A DNA stretch of 64,000 nucleotides from Minisyncoccota bacterium (GTDB lineage: Bacteria > Patescibacteriota > Minisyncoccia > Phycocordibacterales > SBAW01): positions 61,661-125,660 of the forward strand of contig DASZWM010000002.1 in the NCBI GenBank assembly GCA_035546615.1, read 5' to 3'. The position numbers were made by a program, and so were the translations under genes. Shown piece by piece: positions 9,138-17,991 of this stretch; the first letter of the stretch is position 1; each line of letters opens with the position of its first letter. The notes under the pieces are model-generated. The model searched no databases. It had not been told where the DNA came from and worked only from the letters and a program-made list of their open reading frames with translations.

Positions 9138-9159
9138 ATTCTCAAGTTTGTAAGGATGT
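9138..9159. promoter_or_regulatory. 22-bp element immediately upstream of the ArsR gene, reverse complement of 8793..8814 (part of the downstream terminator)
   Basis: cattctcaagtttgtaaggatg = reverse complement of catccttacaaacttgagaatg; candidate operator. Confidence 0.4.
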
Positions 9160-9230
9160 GTGGAAAGGGAAGAGGCGGGGCTGGAAGCGTTTTGTGAAGG
9201 AGCCTTAAATTTGCTATCCTCAGATTGTAT

Positions 9231-9303
9231 TGCCCGATCGTCTAATGGTAGGACAGAGGCCTTTGAAGCCTTTAATTGGGGTTCGAATCCCTGTCGGGCA
9301 GCA
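9231..9303 (+). tRNA. tRNA-Gln (anticodon UUG)
   Basis: Cloverleaf by hand: U1:A72 acceptor, anticodon loop cuUUGaa, T-loop UUCGAAU; CCA not encoded. Confidence 0.75.
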
Positions 9304-9525
9304 AATGTAGCGAAGCGTAATTTGCGCCCGAAGGAAGCAATGGGATTGCTTCCGGCAGGGATTCGAAAGCCGGAGCGGGACCCGCATCAGCAGATGCGGG
9401 AGCGAGGCAGGGTCGTGCGGCTAAAGTTGCGACGGCAACTTTAGAACGCCTGACCGAATCCCTAAGAAGTTTCTAGTTTTCTCTGTCTCTAGGCAGAATC
9501 ACTTTTTGATGGTAAATCTGTCCTG

Positions 9526-11199
9526 ATGCCGTATTCGACTGATATGTCAGTGTATTTAGATTTGGGCGGCGCTTTAGCTGCTTTTGGCCTTTTATTTACT
9601 GTTTACCAACTTCGGCGACCAAGGTGGGAGGTAATTTTGCGAATTAGAAATAATTGGCAAAGTGATATTTTCTGGATATTAGGTTTTATAGGTTTGTTTT
9701 ATGCCCTAGTTGGCGTGCTTGTATCTGAACTCCCAATTAATTCTTTCAACTTTCCGTTTAATACCCCATTACTTTACGAGGTGGCAGCGTACCTATCGTT
9801 TGTAGCTTCACCTCTGTCATTAATATATTTTGCGACCAATGACAAAAAGTTATTTAACGCAAAAACTGCAGAAACTTTCTACGAAGTAATCTTGCAAGAA
9901 ATTTCTAAATCTAGTGATGTAAACCTAGATGCGGCATTGGAAATAGTCTTGAGAAACTTTAATGAAATTTGTGATGCAACTCTTCAAAATACAGATAAAG
10001 ATTTGCGCTCATACGCAAGGTCAATTTTAGACGTTGTACTAAGTGACGAGTCTGTAGTAAAAGTGCTCACTACCAAGAGGCTTGATGCTTTGCAATATAT
10101 CTTTTATTTAATAAAGGAAAAGAATATCACTCGTGCTCATTCGGGGATAGGTATACCGAGAATTGTAAATAATCTTTTCTTTGACGAAAATTCCTTCCTC
10201 TATAAACAACTCGATAGAAAAGGGTTGGCACTTTCATCAAATATATACACGAGCATTTTTGAATCTCCAGTTATACTCACCAACTTTGATCTGTTTGGGT
10301 ACCCGACTATCGGTTATGGAATGAGTAGAGATACTGGCAATGCTGGTATAAGAGTATTTATCAAAGCCTTATCTCTAAGCATTGAAACTTACTTTAAAAC
10401 AGGGAGCGTGCCTCCGAGGCACATTAATAATGGGTTGTCTTACTTAAGCAATATATTTGGAGGGTTGTGTGCAAAAATTGCCATCAAAGAAAATAAAGGT
10501 GTTGATACTAAATCTAGTTTAGAAGATGAGTGGTGGGGCTTACATCAAATAGCCTCCTTTTTAGGACATGATTATATTTTTCTTGCCTATGAAGAAAAAC
10601 TAAATCAGCAAGTTCTGGAAAACGAAAAAACTGCCCATGAGGCTCGATTTGGCTCAAATGCAACTATAAATGAGGGTATTGCAGCTGTTATCTATAAAGC
10701 TTTTGAGCAGCTTTCACAAATTAAAAAAACCACAGACATATATCATACAGTTCTGGAGCTCTTGCATGGAATGATGAATGAGCCTACCTACAAGGAAGGT
10801 TATAGACCGCCTTTTGAAAAGAGACTCTGGCAACAAATCGGTGCAAATGTTGCTAAACGTTATTATCCTGCCGTCGTTAGAACGTATTTAACCTTTGTTG
10901 GGTTCTGTCTTGGCGCAGATGCAAACCAACGACAAGGTTGGATTGGCGAACAAGCGGAACGTATGAGACGACTTTTGTATATTGACCTTAAGCCTTTATT
11001 TGATAAGAATGAAAAAATGATAAATAAGGAATTTATGAAAGACGTTTTGCTCCCAGATTCCATGTCCTATAAAGATGGTAAATTTACTTATACCTCTGGA
11101 TTCGGAGAAGGTACAACCACTGAAGTAGCACCACCCCCTGAGGGTGCGACATCAGGTTTGGAAGGAATAGATTTAGAGAGTATGCCTCACTTCGTCTAG
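9526..11199 (+). CDS. hypothetical membrane protein (3 N-terminal TM helices + ~450-aa soluble domain); AT-rich
   Basis: 557 aa ORF, GC far below flanks, no motif recognised. Confidence 0.6.
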   Translation: MPYSTDMSVYLDLGGALAAFGLLFTVYQLRRPRWEVILRIRNNWQSDIFWILGFIGLFYALVGVLVSELPINSFNFPFNTPLLYEVAAYLSFVASPLSLIYFATNDKKLFNAKTAETFYEVILQEISKSSDVNLDAALEIVLRNFNEICDATLQNTDKDLRSYARSILDVVLSDESVVKVLTTKRLDALQYIFYLIKEKNITRAHSGIGIPRIVNNLFFDENSFLYKQLDRKGLALSSNIYTSIFESPVILTNFDLFGYPTIGYGMSRDTGNAGIRVFIKALSLSIETYFKTGSVPPRHINNGLSYLSNIFGGLCAKIAIKENKGVDTKSSLEDEWWGLHQIASFLGHDYIFLAYEEKLNQQVLENEKTAHEARFGSNATINEGIAAVIYKAFEQLSQIKKTTDIYHTVLELLHGMMNEPTYKEGYRPPFEKRLWQQIGANVAKRYYPAVVRTYLTFVGFCLGADANQRQGWIGEQAERMRRLLYIDLKPLFDKNEKMINKEFMKDVLLPDSMSYKDGKFTYTSGFGEGTTTEVAPPPEGATSGLEGIDLESMPHFV

Positions 11200-11201
11200 A
11201 T

Positions 11202-11759
11202 ATGAATCCAAACATTTGGTTTTACACTTTTAGTACAGCAGCCCAAGTAATGGCGGCTTTGGCCGGTTTATTTGCAGTATTTGTTGTATATAAGATTCAA
11301 GATTTTAGTCAGCTTATAAAAGACGCCCGCTCTAGTCTGTCCCGGTTGATTCCATACAATTCAGCGAATACGGGCGGAGATACAATCTCTAAGCAGGAAG
11401 TATTAGATATGACTGATAGAGAATTGGTTACTACGCTTGCCGAGTTGTTAGTACTTGAGACATCTCAGAATGGAGCGTTCTTTAGCGGACATTCAGAAAC
11501 TATAGATGGCACAACGATAGCTGTAAACTCGAATACCTACGACTATTTCGCAGCCCTTGTTGATAAAAAGGAAAGAATACTAAAACGTCTGATTTTTGTC
11601 TTGGGTTTAAGTTTAGGAACTATTTGTGTTTGTCTAGTATCATTGGTGCTAATTGACGTGTTATCAAAGTTTGAGTGGTTTATTTGGATGTGTTTGGCTT
11701 TATTTATATACACCCTTTGGACAATCGGAATGGATATTTACAAGATAACCCTAGAGTAA
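11202..11759 (+). CDS. hypothetical membrane protein (1 N-terminal + 2 C-terminal TM helices)
   Basis: 185 aa; 2-bp gap after the upstream gene; AT-rich. Confidence 0.55.
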   Translation: MNPNIWFYTFSTAAQVMAALAGLFAVFVVYKIQDFSQLIKDARSSLSRLIPYNSANTGGDTISKQEVLDMTDRELVTTLAELLVLETSQNGAFFSGHSETIDGTTIAVNSNTYDYFAALVDKKERILKRLIFVLGLSLGTICVCLVSLVLIDVLSKFEWFIWMCLALFIYTLWTIGMDIYKITLE

Positions 11760-11768
11760 TCTTTCTCT

Positions 11769-12092
11769 ATGAAAGGAATAATTATCGAAAATAGTCTCAA
11801 AGACAAAAGTATTATCACCGAAGCTGAAATTATTCGAACTTGGGAAGATGGAAGTTGGAAGTTGCGGGAGGTAAAAGTTTCAACAGAATGGGCTGAAAAA
11901 TTTGGAGGATACTTAAATGATGGACCCTGGTATGTTCACTTTTGGGAATCCGACAGCGACGATGTACTAGTAGTATTTAAAGACAAAAGCTTCTGGATCA
12001 AACATTCGGACAAGAATACTTGGCAAGATGCTATTGCTCATGGAAAGTCGTTACATATACCCGTGGAGCAATTAGACTTTCCTATTGATTGA
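11769..12092 (+). CDS. hypothetical small acidic cytoplasmic protein
   Basis: 107 aa; 9-bp gap after the upstream gene; AT-rich. Confidence 0.5.
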   Translation: MKGIIIENSLKDKSIITEAEIIRTWEDGSWKLREVKVSTEWAEKFGGYLNDGPWYVHFWESDSDDVLVVFKDKSFWIKHSDKNTWQDAIAHGKSLHIPVEQLDFPID

Positions 12093-12130
12093 GATTTCGA
12101 TTTCTCCCTTTTATATTATATAATCAAGAT

Positions 12131-12514
12131 ATGAAGTATTTGCTAATCACGGCTTTATTTTTGGTTGTCTTTGTGTTTGCTACTCCAGCAAAGGCCGCAC
12201 CATTAACCCAATCCCAAGTAAATGCAATAATTACTATTATGCAGTCTTTCGGTGTAGATAGTGCTACGATTTTAAATATCAAAACAACACTCTCTAATTC
12301 GACTTCCGCTAAGGTAGAATCCGTCGTCAAAACTACTTTTAAAGGAGTTCCTACCTACGCACAAGTGAAAAGAGAGTTAGCAAAATCACGCAATAAGGAG
12401 GTGACTTATATGGAGAATGGATGTGTATACTCAATAAACCATTTAGTGAGTGAACATATTTTCAAAACACGCGATATGAGTATTCGCGATCTTGCATCTG
12501 GAGCAAGTTGTTAG
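12131..12514 (+). CDS. hypothetical secreted protein (signal peptide MKYLLITALFLVVFVFATPAKA)
   Basis: Track ORF starts at TTG 12089 overlapping the previous stop; ATG 12131 gives a classical signal peptide; AT-rich. Confidence 0.5.
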   Translation: MKYLLITALFLVVFVFATPAKAAPLTQSQVNAIITIMQSFGVDSATILNIKTTLSNSTSAKVESVVKTTFKGVPTYAQVKRELAKSRNKEVTYMENGCVYSINHLVSEHIFKTRDMSIRDLASGASC

Positions 12515-12557
12515 TGCTCCTTGGTGTATAAAGTTTAAAAATATAGTTAATCTTCTC

Positions 12558-13040
12558 TTACCCCCGTCGCGCCGCATCAATAGCGGCAACGTCGAGCTTT
12601 TTCATCGTCATCATCGCGTCAAACGCGCGTTTTGCCTCATCGCCGCCCTTGGCAAGTGCTTCGGTCAGCGTGCGCGGCGTTATTTGCCACGATACTCCCC
12701 AGCGGTCCTTGCACCAGCCGCACTCGCTCTCCTGGCCGCCGTTTCCGACGATGGCATTCCAGTAGCGGTCCGTCTCTTCCTGATCGTCCGTCGCTATCTG
12801 GAAGGAAAACGCCTCGCTTTGCTTGAAATACGAGCCGCCGTTAATGCCCATGCAAGGAATCCCGCAGACCGTGAACTCTACCGAGAGCACGTCGCCTTTC
12901 TTGCCCGACGGGAAATCGGCAGGCGCATGGAAGACGCCCGTTACCTTGCTGTCGGGGAACGTAGCGGCATAGAAATTCGCCGCCCCTTCCGCATCCTTAT
13001 CAAACCAGAGGCAAATAGTGTTTTTTGGTATCATATACAT
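12558..13040 (-). CDS. VOC family protein (PhnB-like / 3-demethylubiquinone-9 3-methyltransferase-domain protein)
   Basis: 160 aa; CLWFDKDAEGAANFY...CGWCKDRWGVSWQI matches the PhnB-like family. Confidence 0.75.
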   Translation of the reverse strand: MYMIPKNTICLWFDKDAEGAANFYAATFPDSKVTGVFHAPADFPSGKKGDVLSVEFTVCGIPCMGINGGSYFKQSEAFSFQIATDDQEETDRYWNAIVGNGGQESECGWCKDRWGVSWQITPRTLTEALAKGGDEAKRAFDAMMTMKKLDVAAIDAARRG

Positions 13041-13140
13041 ATATTTTATAGCACCTCAGGATAATCTACAAAATAAGCGGAGGCTCCGGAAAAGGCCCGA
13101 CATCGTCCCAGAGGATCCATCCTTTGCTATACTGGCCACT

Positions 13141-13494
13141 ATGAAGGCTTTGATAAGACGCCTCTCACACCCGTTTCGCGGGCTTAAGTACGCCCTTATG
13201 CACGATTTCGCCGTACGCTTCGAAGTATTTGTCTTCGGGGGAATCGGCCTGCCGGCTGCGTACTTCTTTTTCGGGCCGTTTTCAGCGCGCGAAATGCTGC
13301 TGCTCATATTCTGCTGGTTTTTTGTGGTAGTGGCGGAACTGCAGAATTCGGCTATCGAAGTTGCCCTCGACAAGATTCATCCCGAACGCCATGAGGCGAT
13401 TGGCCGTAGCAAAGACCTGGCTGCAGCGGCCGTGGTGTGGGCGTCGTTTTTCGGCATTATAAGTTTTATTTTTGTAGTGACCGGATTGATCTAA
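13141..13494 (+). CDS. dgkA: diacylglycerol kinase (prokaryotic DgkA family)
   Basis: Internal ATG 13141 (MKALIRRLSHPFRGLKYALMHDFAVRFE...), three TM helices typical of DgkA; track ORF start at 13018 is an upstream extension. Confidence 0.75.
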   Translation: MKALIRRLSHPFRGLKYALMHDFAVRFEVFVFGGIGLPAAYFFFGPFSAREMLLLIFCWFFVVVAELQNSAIEVALDKIHPERHEAIGRSKDLAAAAVVWASFFGIISFIFVVTGLI

Positions 13495-13500
13495 AGGAGT

Positions 13501-13752
13501 ATGACTACCCAAAAAATCGCCGGAGGCGTGGTTCACACCATGCCGGACGACTTGCGAAAGGCGATTGCCTCGGTGCCTGCGGCGCTGGCCGTGTGGGAGG
13601 ACGTCACGCCGCTGGCGCGCAACGAGTGGATCTGCTGGGTCATCTCCGGCAAAAAAACGGAGACGAGAAGCATTCGCATCAAGAAGGCGATATCGAAGAT
13701 GAAGAGCGGCATGCGCAGGCCTTGCTGCTGGGCGGGCTGTCCGCATCGGTAA
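13501..13752 (+). CDS. YdeI/OmpD-associated family protein
   Basis: 83 aa; PDDLRKAIASVPAALAVWEDVTPLARNEWICWV motif. Confidence 0.6.
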   Translation: MTTQKIAGGVVHTMPDDLRKAIASVPAALAVWEDVTPLARNEWICWVISGKKTETRSIRIKKAISKMKSGMRRPCCWAGCPHR

Positions 13753-13853
13753 AATCTGCGCGAGGATATACACGCTCGGAAGGTATCTATAGACATTTTA
13801 TAAATTCCATTGTAGAGTACTCCCTGGATTGAAATACAAGATGGGAGCGAAGG

Positions 13854-14603
13854 ATGTATCTACCGACACAACCGGTTTTGGCTTCTCGCGTGATTAGGGG
13901 AATGGGCGGCGTGGGCAACTACGAGCTCTACCCCAGCAACGGCTCATACCTGCGTACGCCGGAGGGGAAGATGCTCCGCAAGGCGCCTCTCAAAAAGTGG
14001 CTCGCCTATATGTTCGAGACCGACAGCGGAATATACCGCGGAGCGATAACGGATACGATCCTTGTCGAGCGCATCATGGAGTACATGGCGCGCTATCATG
14101 GCAAGCATTTCACGAACTGCTCCGCGCTCGCGCACTTTCTGACCACCGGCGAGTTCGTCGAATGCTCGGAAGATCGAGGCCTGCTGGTTGCCGAACAGGG
14201 CATGCGCCTCTATACAGGCCAGACGGTCGGCGTAGGAGACATGCTGTGCATCTTCTATGCGAATGAGCGCCGCTTACGGTCCCGCAAGGAGCCGTGGCGC
14301 AGGCTCTACTTGAATTCGCAAAAGGGCCGGCATGAAGACGGGCGGTTCAGTCACGGATGCGTGCCGGCGCAGAAAGTCTTCACTGCGCAGGACCTGCACA
14401 AAATCCAAAAGGACTATCGCGTCGACGACTATCACTTTCTCGTGTGCGTCGCGAAGCATAACGGCGAGCCCGTTTGGATCGCGCAGTGGGGCTATTCTCG
14501 CCCTAATGAGGCGCCCGCCTCGCTGGTGCTTACGGTGGGAGAGCATGACGGCTACCATATCCGTACGCCATTCCTAGTGTTCATCAAGAAACGCAGGAAC
14601 TGA
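13854..14603 (+). CDS. hypothetical protein (Cys/His-containing, no recognised domain)
   Basis: 249 aa ORF, protein-like composition. Confidence 0.5.
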   Translation: MYLPTQPVLASRVIRGMGGVGNYELYPSNGSYLRTPEGKMLRKAPLKKWLAYMFETDSGIYRGAITDTILVERIMEYMARYHGKHFTNCSALAHFLTTGEFVECSEDRGLLVAEQGMRLYTGQTVGVGDMLCIFYANERRLRSRKEPWRRLYLNSQKGRHEDGRFSHGCVPAQKVFTAQDLHKIQKDYRVDDYHFLVCVAKHNGEPVWIAQWGYSRPNEAPASLVLTVGEHDGYHIRTPFLVFIKKRRN

Positions 14604-14657
14604 AGATCTTGAAGCGTTGGCGGCCGCGCAAGCGGCTGCCATTTCTTTTTTACGTAC

Positions 14658-15164
14658 TTACTTAGCCAGTTGTTTGTATTCCCGAAAGAGCAGTGTACAC
14701 GCCGCGGCCACGCCCGCAAAAATAGCCGCCGTGCCGGTTGCATACAGCGTGCCGGCTACTTGCGGCGTCCAGTACAAAAAGTTAGTCGTGCTCAGCAGGT
14801 AGTGCCAGTCGTGCATCACGCCATCGCCGCCCAGAAGCGGCAGCTGCATGGCAAGGGCATCGCCGGCGTATATGGAGACGTTCACCAAGCTTTGACCCGC
14901 CCACATGAGGCACACGGCCGCGGAGAGCTTTTGGCCGGTGTAGAAAAAATATCCGGCTAGGAACGCGGGGAGGGCAACCTGAAAACCGGAACCCATCAGG
15001 ACATGGATGAACTGCCCGAAGAATATGAATATAGCGTGGCCGGCCTCGTGGAAGATAAGGTTGGCGCCGTCGATAAAGTGCCATTGCGCGGGCGTTGCGG
15101 CGCAGCGCAGAAAATATATGCTTGCGAGCGCGACTCCGGCCGCCCGGGCGTACCAGGAATTCAT
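14658..15164 (-). CDS. membrane protein with HEXXH motif (putative intramembrane zinc metalloprotease-like)
   Basis: 168 aa, about 5 TM helices, FHEAGHAIF. Confidence 0.5.
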   Translation of the reverse strand: MNSWYARAAGVALASIYFLRCAATPAQWHFIDGANLIFHEAGHAIFIFFGQFIHVLMGSGFQVALPAFLAGYFFYTGQKLSAAVCLMWAGQSLVNVSIYAGDALAMQLPLLGGDGVMHDWHYLLSTTNFLYWTPQVAGTLYATGTAAIFAGVAAACTLLFREYKQLAK

Positions 15165-15196
15165 GCTGGTAGTATACTTCCTCTAAAAAACGTACG

Positions 15197-15235
15197 AAAA
15201 AGCGCCGCTTACTGAGAAGGTGAGCGGCGCTTTTT
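15197..15235. terminator. bidirectional terminator hairpin (A4-stem-T5)
   Basis: aaaaagcgccgctta...tgagcggcgcttttt. Confidence 0.55.
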
Positions 15236-15254
15236 AGCAATTCAGAACAAGTGG

Positions 15255-15719
15255 TCAGGCTACTGCGATGGCGAGCGACTGAGGCATGCGGCCTCCTATG
15301 CGCACATTCTCACCGCCGGCCGATTGCAGTTTCTCCAGGAACGGAAGGTACCAGAGCAGCCACACGACGTCTGCAGGGCTGTCGATGTATCCTTCAAACG
15401 CGTCGGCAACCTGTGCAGGTAACGGGGCAGAAGCCGGCATCGTACGCAAGCCGTCGGTTCCGGTCCTCACAAACGCGCCGAACTGGCCGATAATAGTCAG
15501 TACGAATTCCTCGTCCGGATTCAGGCTGCCACCGGCATACCATACGCTTTTCAGCGTTCCGTCGAGGAATAGGCGAGCTATCGCGGCCCGTTTCTGCGAA
15601 GGCCAGCCGTGCTTTAGGCCAATCCTTATCAGATGCGCATGATACGGCAGCCAAATGGCCAAGAACCAGAAAGCGGCTAAGCCTCCGCAGATCAGCAGGC
15701 AAATTTTCCAAAGAGACAT
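15255..15719 (-). CDS. hypothetical protein with N-terminal TM helix
   Basis: 154-aa ORF. Confidence 0.45.
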   Translation of the reverse strand: MSLWKICLLICGGLAAFWFLAIWLPYHAHLIRIGLKHGWPSQKRAAIARLFLDGTLKSVWYAGGSLNPDEEFVLTIIGQFGAFVRTGTDGLRTMPASAPLPAQVADAFEGYIDSPADVVWLLWYLPFLEKLQSAGGENVRIGGRMPQSLAIAVA

Positions 15720-15822
15720 GTCGCGTCCTCCGTGCTATCCAGGCGCGATTAAACCATACAAATCAGCCTAACAAAAGCAATACCCTCGCTTCTTTCTTTT
15801 GCTACAATAGCCCCACTATCCA

Positions 15823-17088
15823 ATGCCCCAAAAAAATTCATACGATGTCATAGTGGTGGGCGGCGGGGCCTCGGGCCTTATGGCCGCGGGCCGGGCCGCG
15901 GAGCGGGGGTTCAAAGTGCTTTTGTTGGAGAAAAATCGCAAAGTGGGGGAGAAGCTCAGGATAACCGGCGGGGGGCGGTGCAATATCACGAATGCCGAGG
16001 AAGACGCGCAGGCGCTTTTGCGCGCGTACGGCAAGGCGGAGCAGTTTCTGTACTCGCCGTTCTCGCAATTCGGCGTGAAGGATACGTTCGCGTTTTTCGA
16101 ATCGCGGGGATTGCCGCTTGTCGTGCAGGCCCGCAAACGCGCGTTCCCAAAGAGCGAGAAAGCGGCAGATGTCCTCGCGGTGCTCGAGAAATACACGAAA
16201 GATGGCGGGGTAATTTTCAAAACTGGTTCTCCGGTGACGGAAGTGCACGCGGCAGGAGAAGGAATCACGGGTATTTCCTGCGGCAAGGAAACATACGCCG
16301 CTTCCAACTATATTTTCGCGACCGGCAGCGTATCGCACCCGGAGACCGGCTCAAGCGGCGACGGGCTCAAGTGGCTCACTCAGCTTGGGCACACGGTAGA
16401 AGAGCCCACTGCGGCAATCGTGCCGCTTGCGGTGAAAGAAGACTGGAGCAAGGCGCTTGCGGGCACGACTATCTCGGGCATGAAATTGACGTTTTTCGTA
16501 GAAGGTAAAAAGGCGTTTTCTGAAACGGGCGGGCTTTTATTCACTCACTTCGGCCTTTCAGGGCCGCTTGTCCTCAATAGCGCGCATAAAGTCGCGGACT
16601 TGCTTCATGGCGGGGTGGTGACCGCAGCCATAGACCTCTACCCGCAGACCGACTTGGGGGCGCTTGAGAAAAAGATACTCGCGGCGTTCGATGCGAACAA
16701 GAACAAGGCGCTCAAGAATGTCGTGAAGGAATTCGTACCGGAAGGAACGCACAAGGGCGTTGCGATGCTCATCGCCGCGCAAACGGATATCGAGAAAAAA
16801 GTGCATCTCGTGAGCCGCGCTGAGCGCAAGCAGATGGCGAGGCTGCTCAAAGCCCTGCCGCTCACTATCGTGGGGCTCATGGGGTTCGATAGGGCGGTCA
16901 TCGCCGACGGCGGCGTCGTGCTTGAGGAAGTGGACACGCGCACGATGCGCTCCAAAAAAGTGCCGAACTTGTACGTGACCGGCGATTTGCTGCATATCAA
17001 CCGGCCTTCAGGCGGCTACAGCCTCCAGCTGTGCTGGTCCACCGGCTTCGTGGCAGGGGACCATGTCGGGGAGAAAGAGCCTCTCTGA
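15823..17088 (+). CDS. NAD(P)/FAD-dependent oxidoreductase, HI0933/BaiN family flavoprotein
   Basis: 421 aa; DVIVVGGGASGLMAAGRAAERG dinucleotide-binding motif, GGGRCNITN. Confidence 0.85.
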   Translation: MPQKNSYDVIVVGGGASGLMAAGRAAERGFKVLLLEKNRKVGEKLRITGGGRCNITNAEEDAQALLRAYGKAEQFLYSPFSQFGVKDTFAFFESRGLPLVVQARKRAFPKSEKAADVLAVLEKYTKDGGVIFKTGSPVTEVHAAGEGITGISCGKETYAASNYIFATGSVSHPETGSSGDGLKWLTQLGHTVEEPTAAIVPLAVKEDWSKALAGTTISGMKLTFFVEGKKAFSETGGLLFTHFGLSGPLVLNSAHKVADLLHGGVVTAAIDLYPQTDLGALEKKILAAFDANKNKALKNVVKEFVPEGTHKGVAMLIAAQTDIEKKVHLVSRAERKQMARLLKALPLTIVGLMGFDRAVIADGGVVLEEVDTRTMRSKKVPNLYVTGDLLHINRPSGGYSLQLCWSTGFVAGDHVGEKEPL

Positions 17089-17100
17089 TACAATGGATAG

Positions 17101-17976
17101 GTGAAGCATCTTCTTTATATAGGAATATGCGCCGCGGCCTTCTTCGCCTTTTTTCCTCAGGCCTCTTTTGCCGCCGCAGTTACGGCTCCTTCAATACTCG
17201 TTTCTTCAAGCACTCCGCTTCAGGGCGAGCCGGTGCTCGTGACGTTTGAGGGCGTCACCGCCACATCTTCCATACAAAGCATTTCGTATAACGGCGGCAA
17301 GCCGGGCACCTTCTTATACGCGGGCAAGGTCCATGCGCTTTTGGCTGTCGACCTGCATCAGAAGCCGGGGCCGTATGCTGTCTCGGCGCTTCTGGCCACG
17401 GGCAAGAAGCTCGAAAAGATTATTACGGTCATAGAGCGGCCGCAGGTAAAAGCCCCGCTGGGCATTCCGGAAAAGCTCGGCGGAAATACGGCGGCGAGCC
17501 AGGCGACGCTGGTATCCACGCTTGCGAGCGAGAATGCGAGCCTTGCGAACATTTGGACCGGCACGAAGGCGTTCTGGTCGCAGAACTTCCAGTGGCCGCT
17601 TAAAAGTATTACCGTGACCGACCCGTACGGCTACTCGCGGGAAACCGGCGCGTATTCGATCGCCCATAAGGGCACCGACCTTCGCGCGGCGGAAGGCACG
17701 CCCGTTGCGGCGATAAACCGCGGGGTAGTGCGCGTTGTGCACGAGTATCGCGACTACGGAAAGACGATAGTGGTCGACCACGGGCTCGGGCTGATGTCCT
17801 TTTACATGCATCTCTCAAAAATAAATGTCGTCGCGGGCCAGCTGGTGCTCCCGGGGCAGATAATGGGCTTGAGCGGCCATACCGGCTATGCCGACCAGCC
17901 GCACCTTCATCTCACCATCCGAATTAACGGAATCTCCATAGACCCGGTGCTGTTCTTCAAGCTCTTTAATTTATAG
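17101..17976 (+). CDS. M23 family metallopeptidase (LytM-like), secreted
   Basis: GTG start; signal peptide; HKGTDL...DHGLGLMSFYMHL...SGHTGYADQPHLH catalytic motifs. Confidence 0.85.
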   Translation: MKHLLYIGICAAAFFAFFPQASFAAAVTAPSILVSSSTPLQGEPVLVTFEGVTATSSIQSISYNGGKPGTFLYAGKVHALLAVDLHQKPGPYAVSALLATGKKLEKIITVIERPQVKAPLGIPEKLGGNTAASQATLVSTLASENASLANIWTGTKAFWSQNFQWPLKSITVTDPYGYSRETGAYSIAHKGTDLRAAEGTPVAAINRGVVRVVHEYRDYGKTIVVDHGLGLMSFYMHLSKINVVAGQLVLPGQIMGLSGHTGYADQPHLHLTIRINGISIDPVLFFKLFNL

Positions 17977-17991
17977 TGGTACGCTAAGGGT

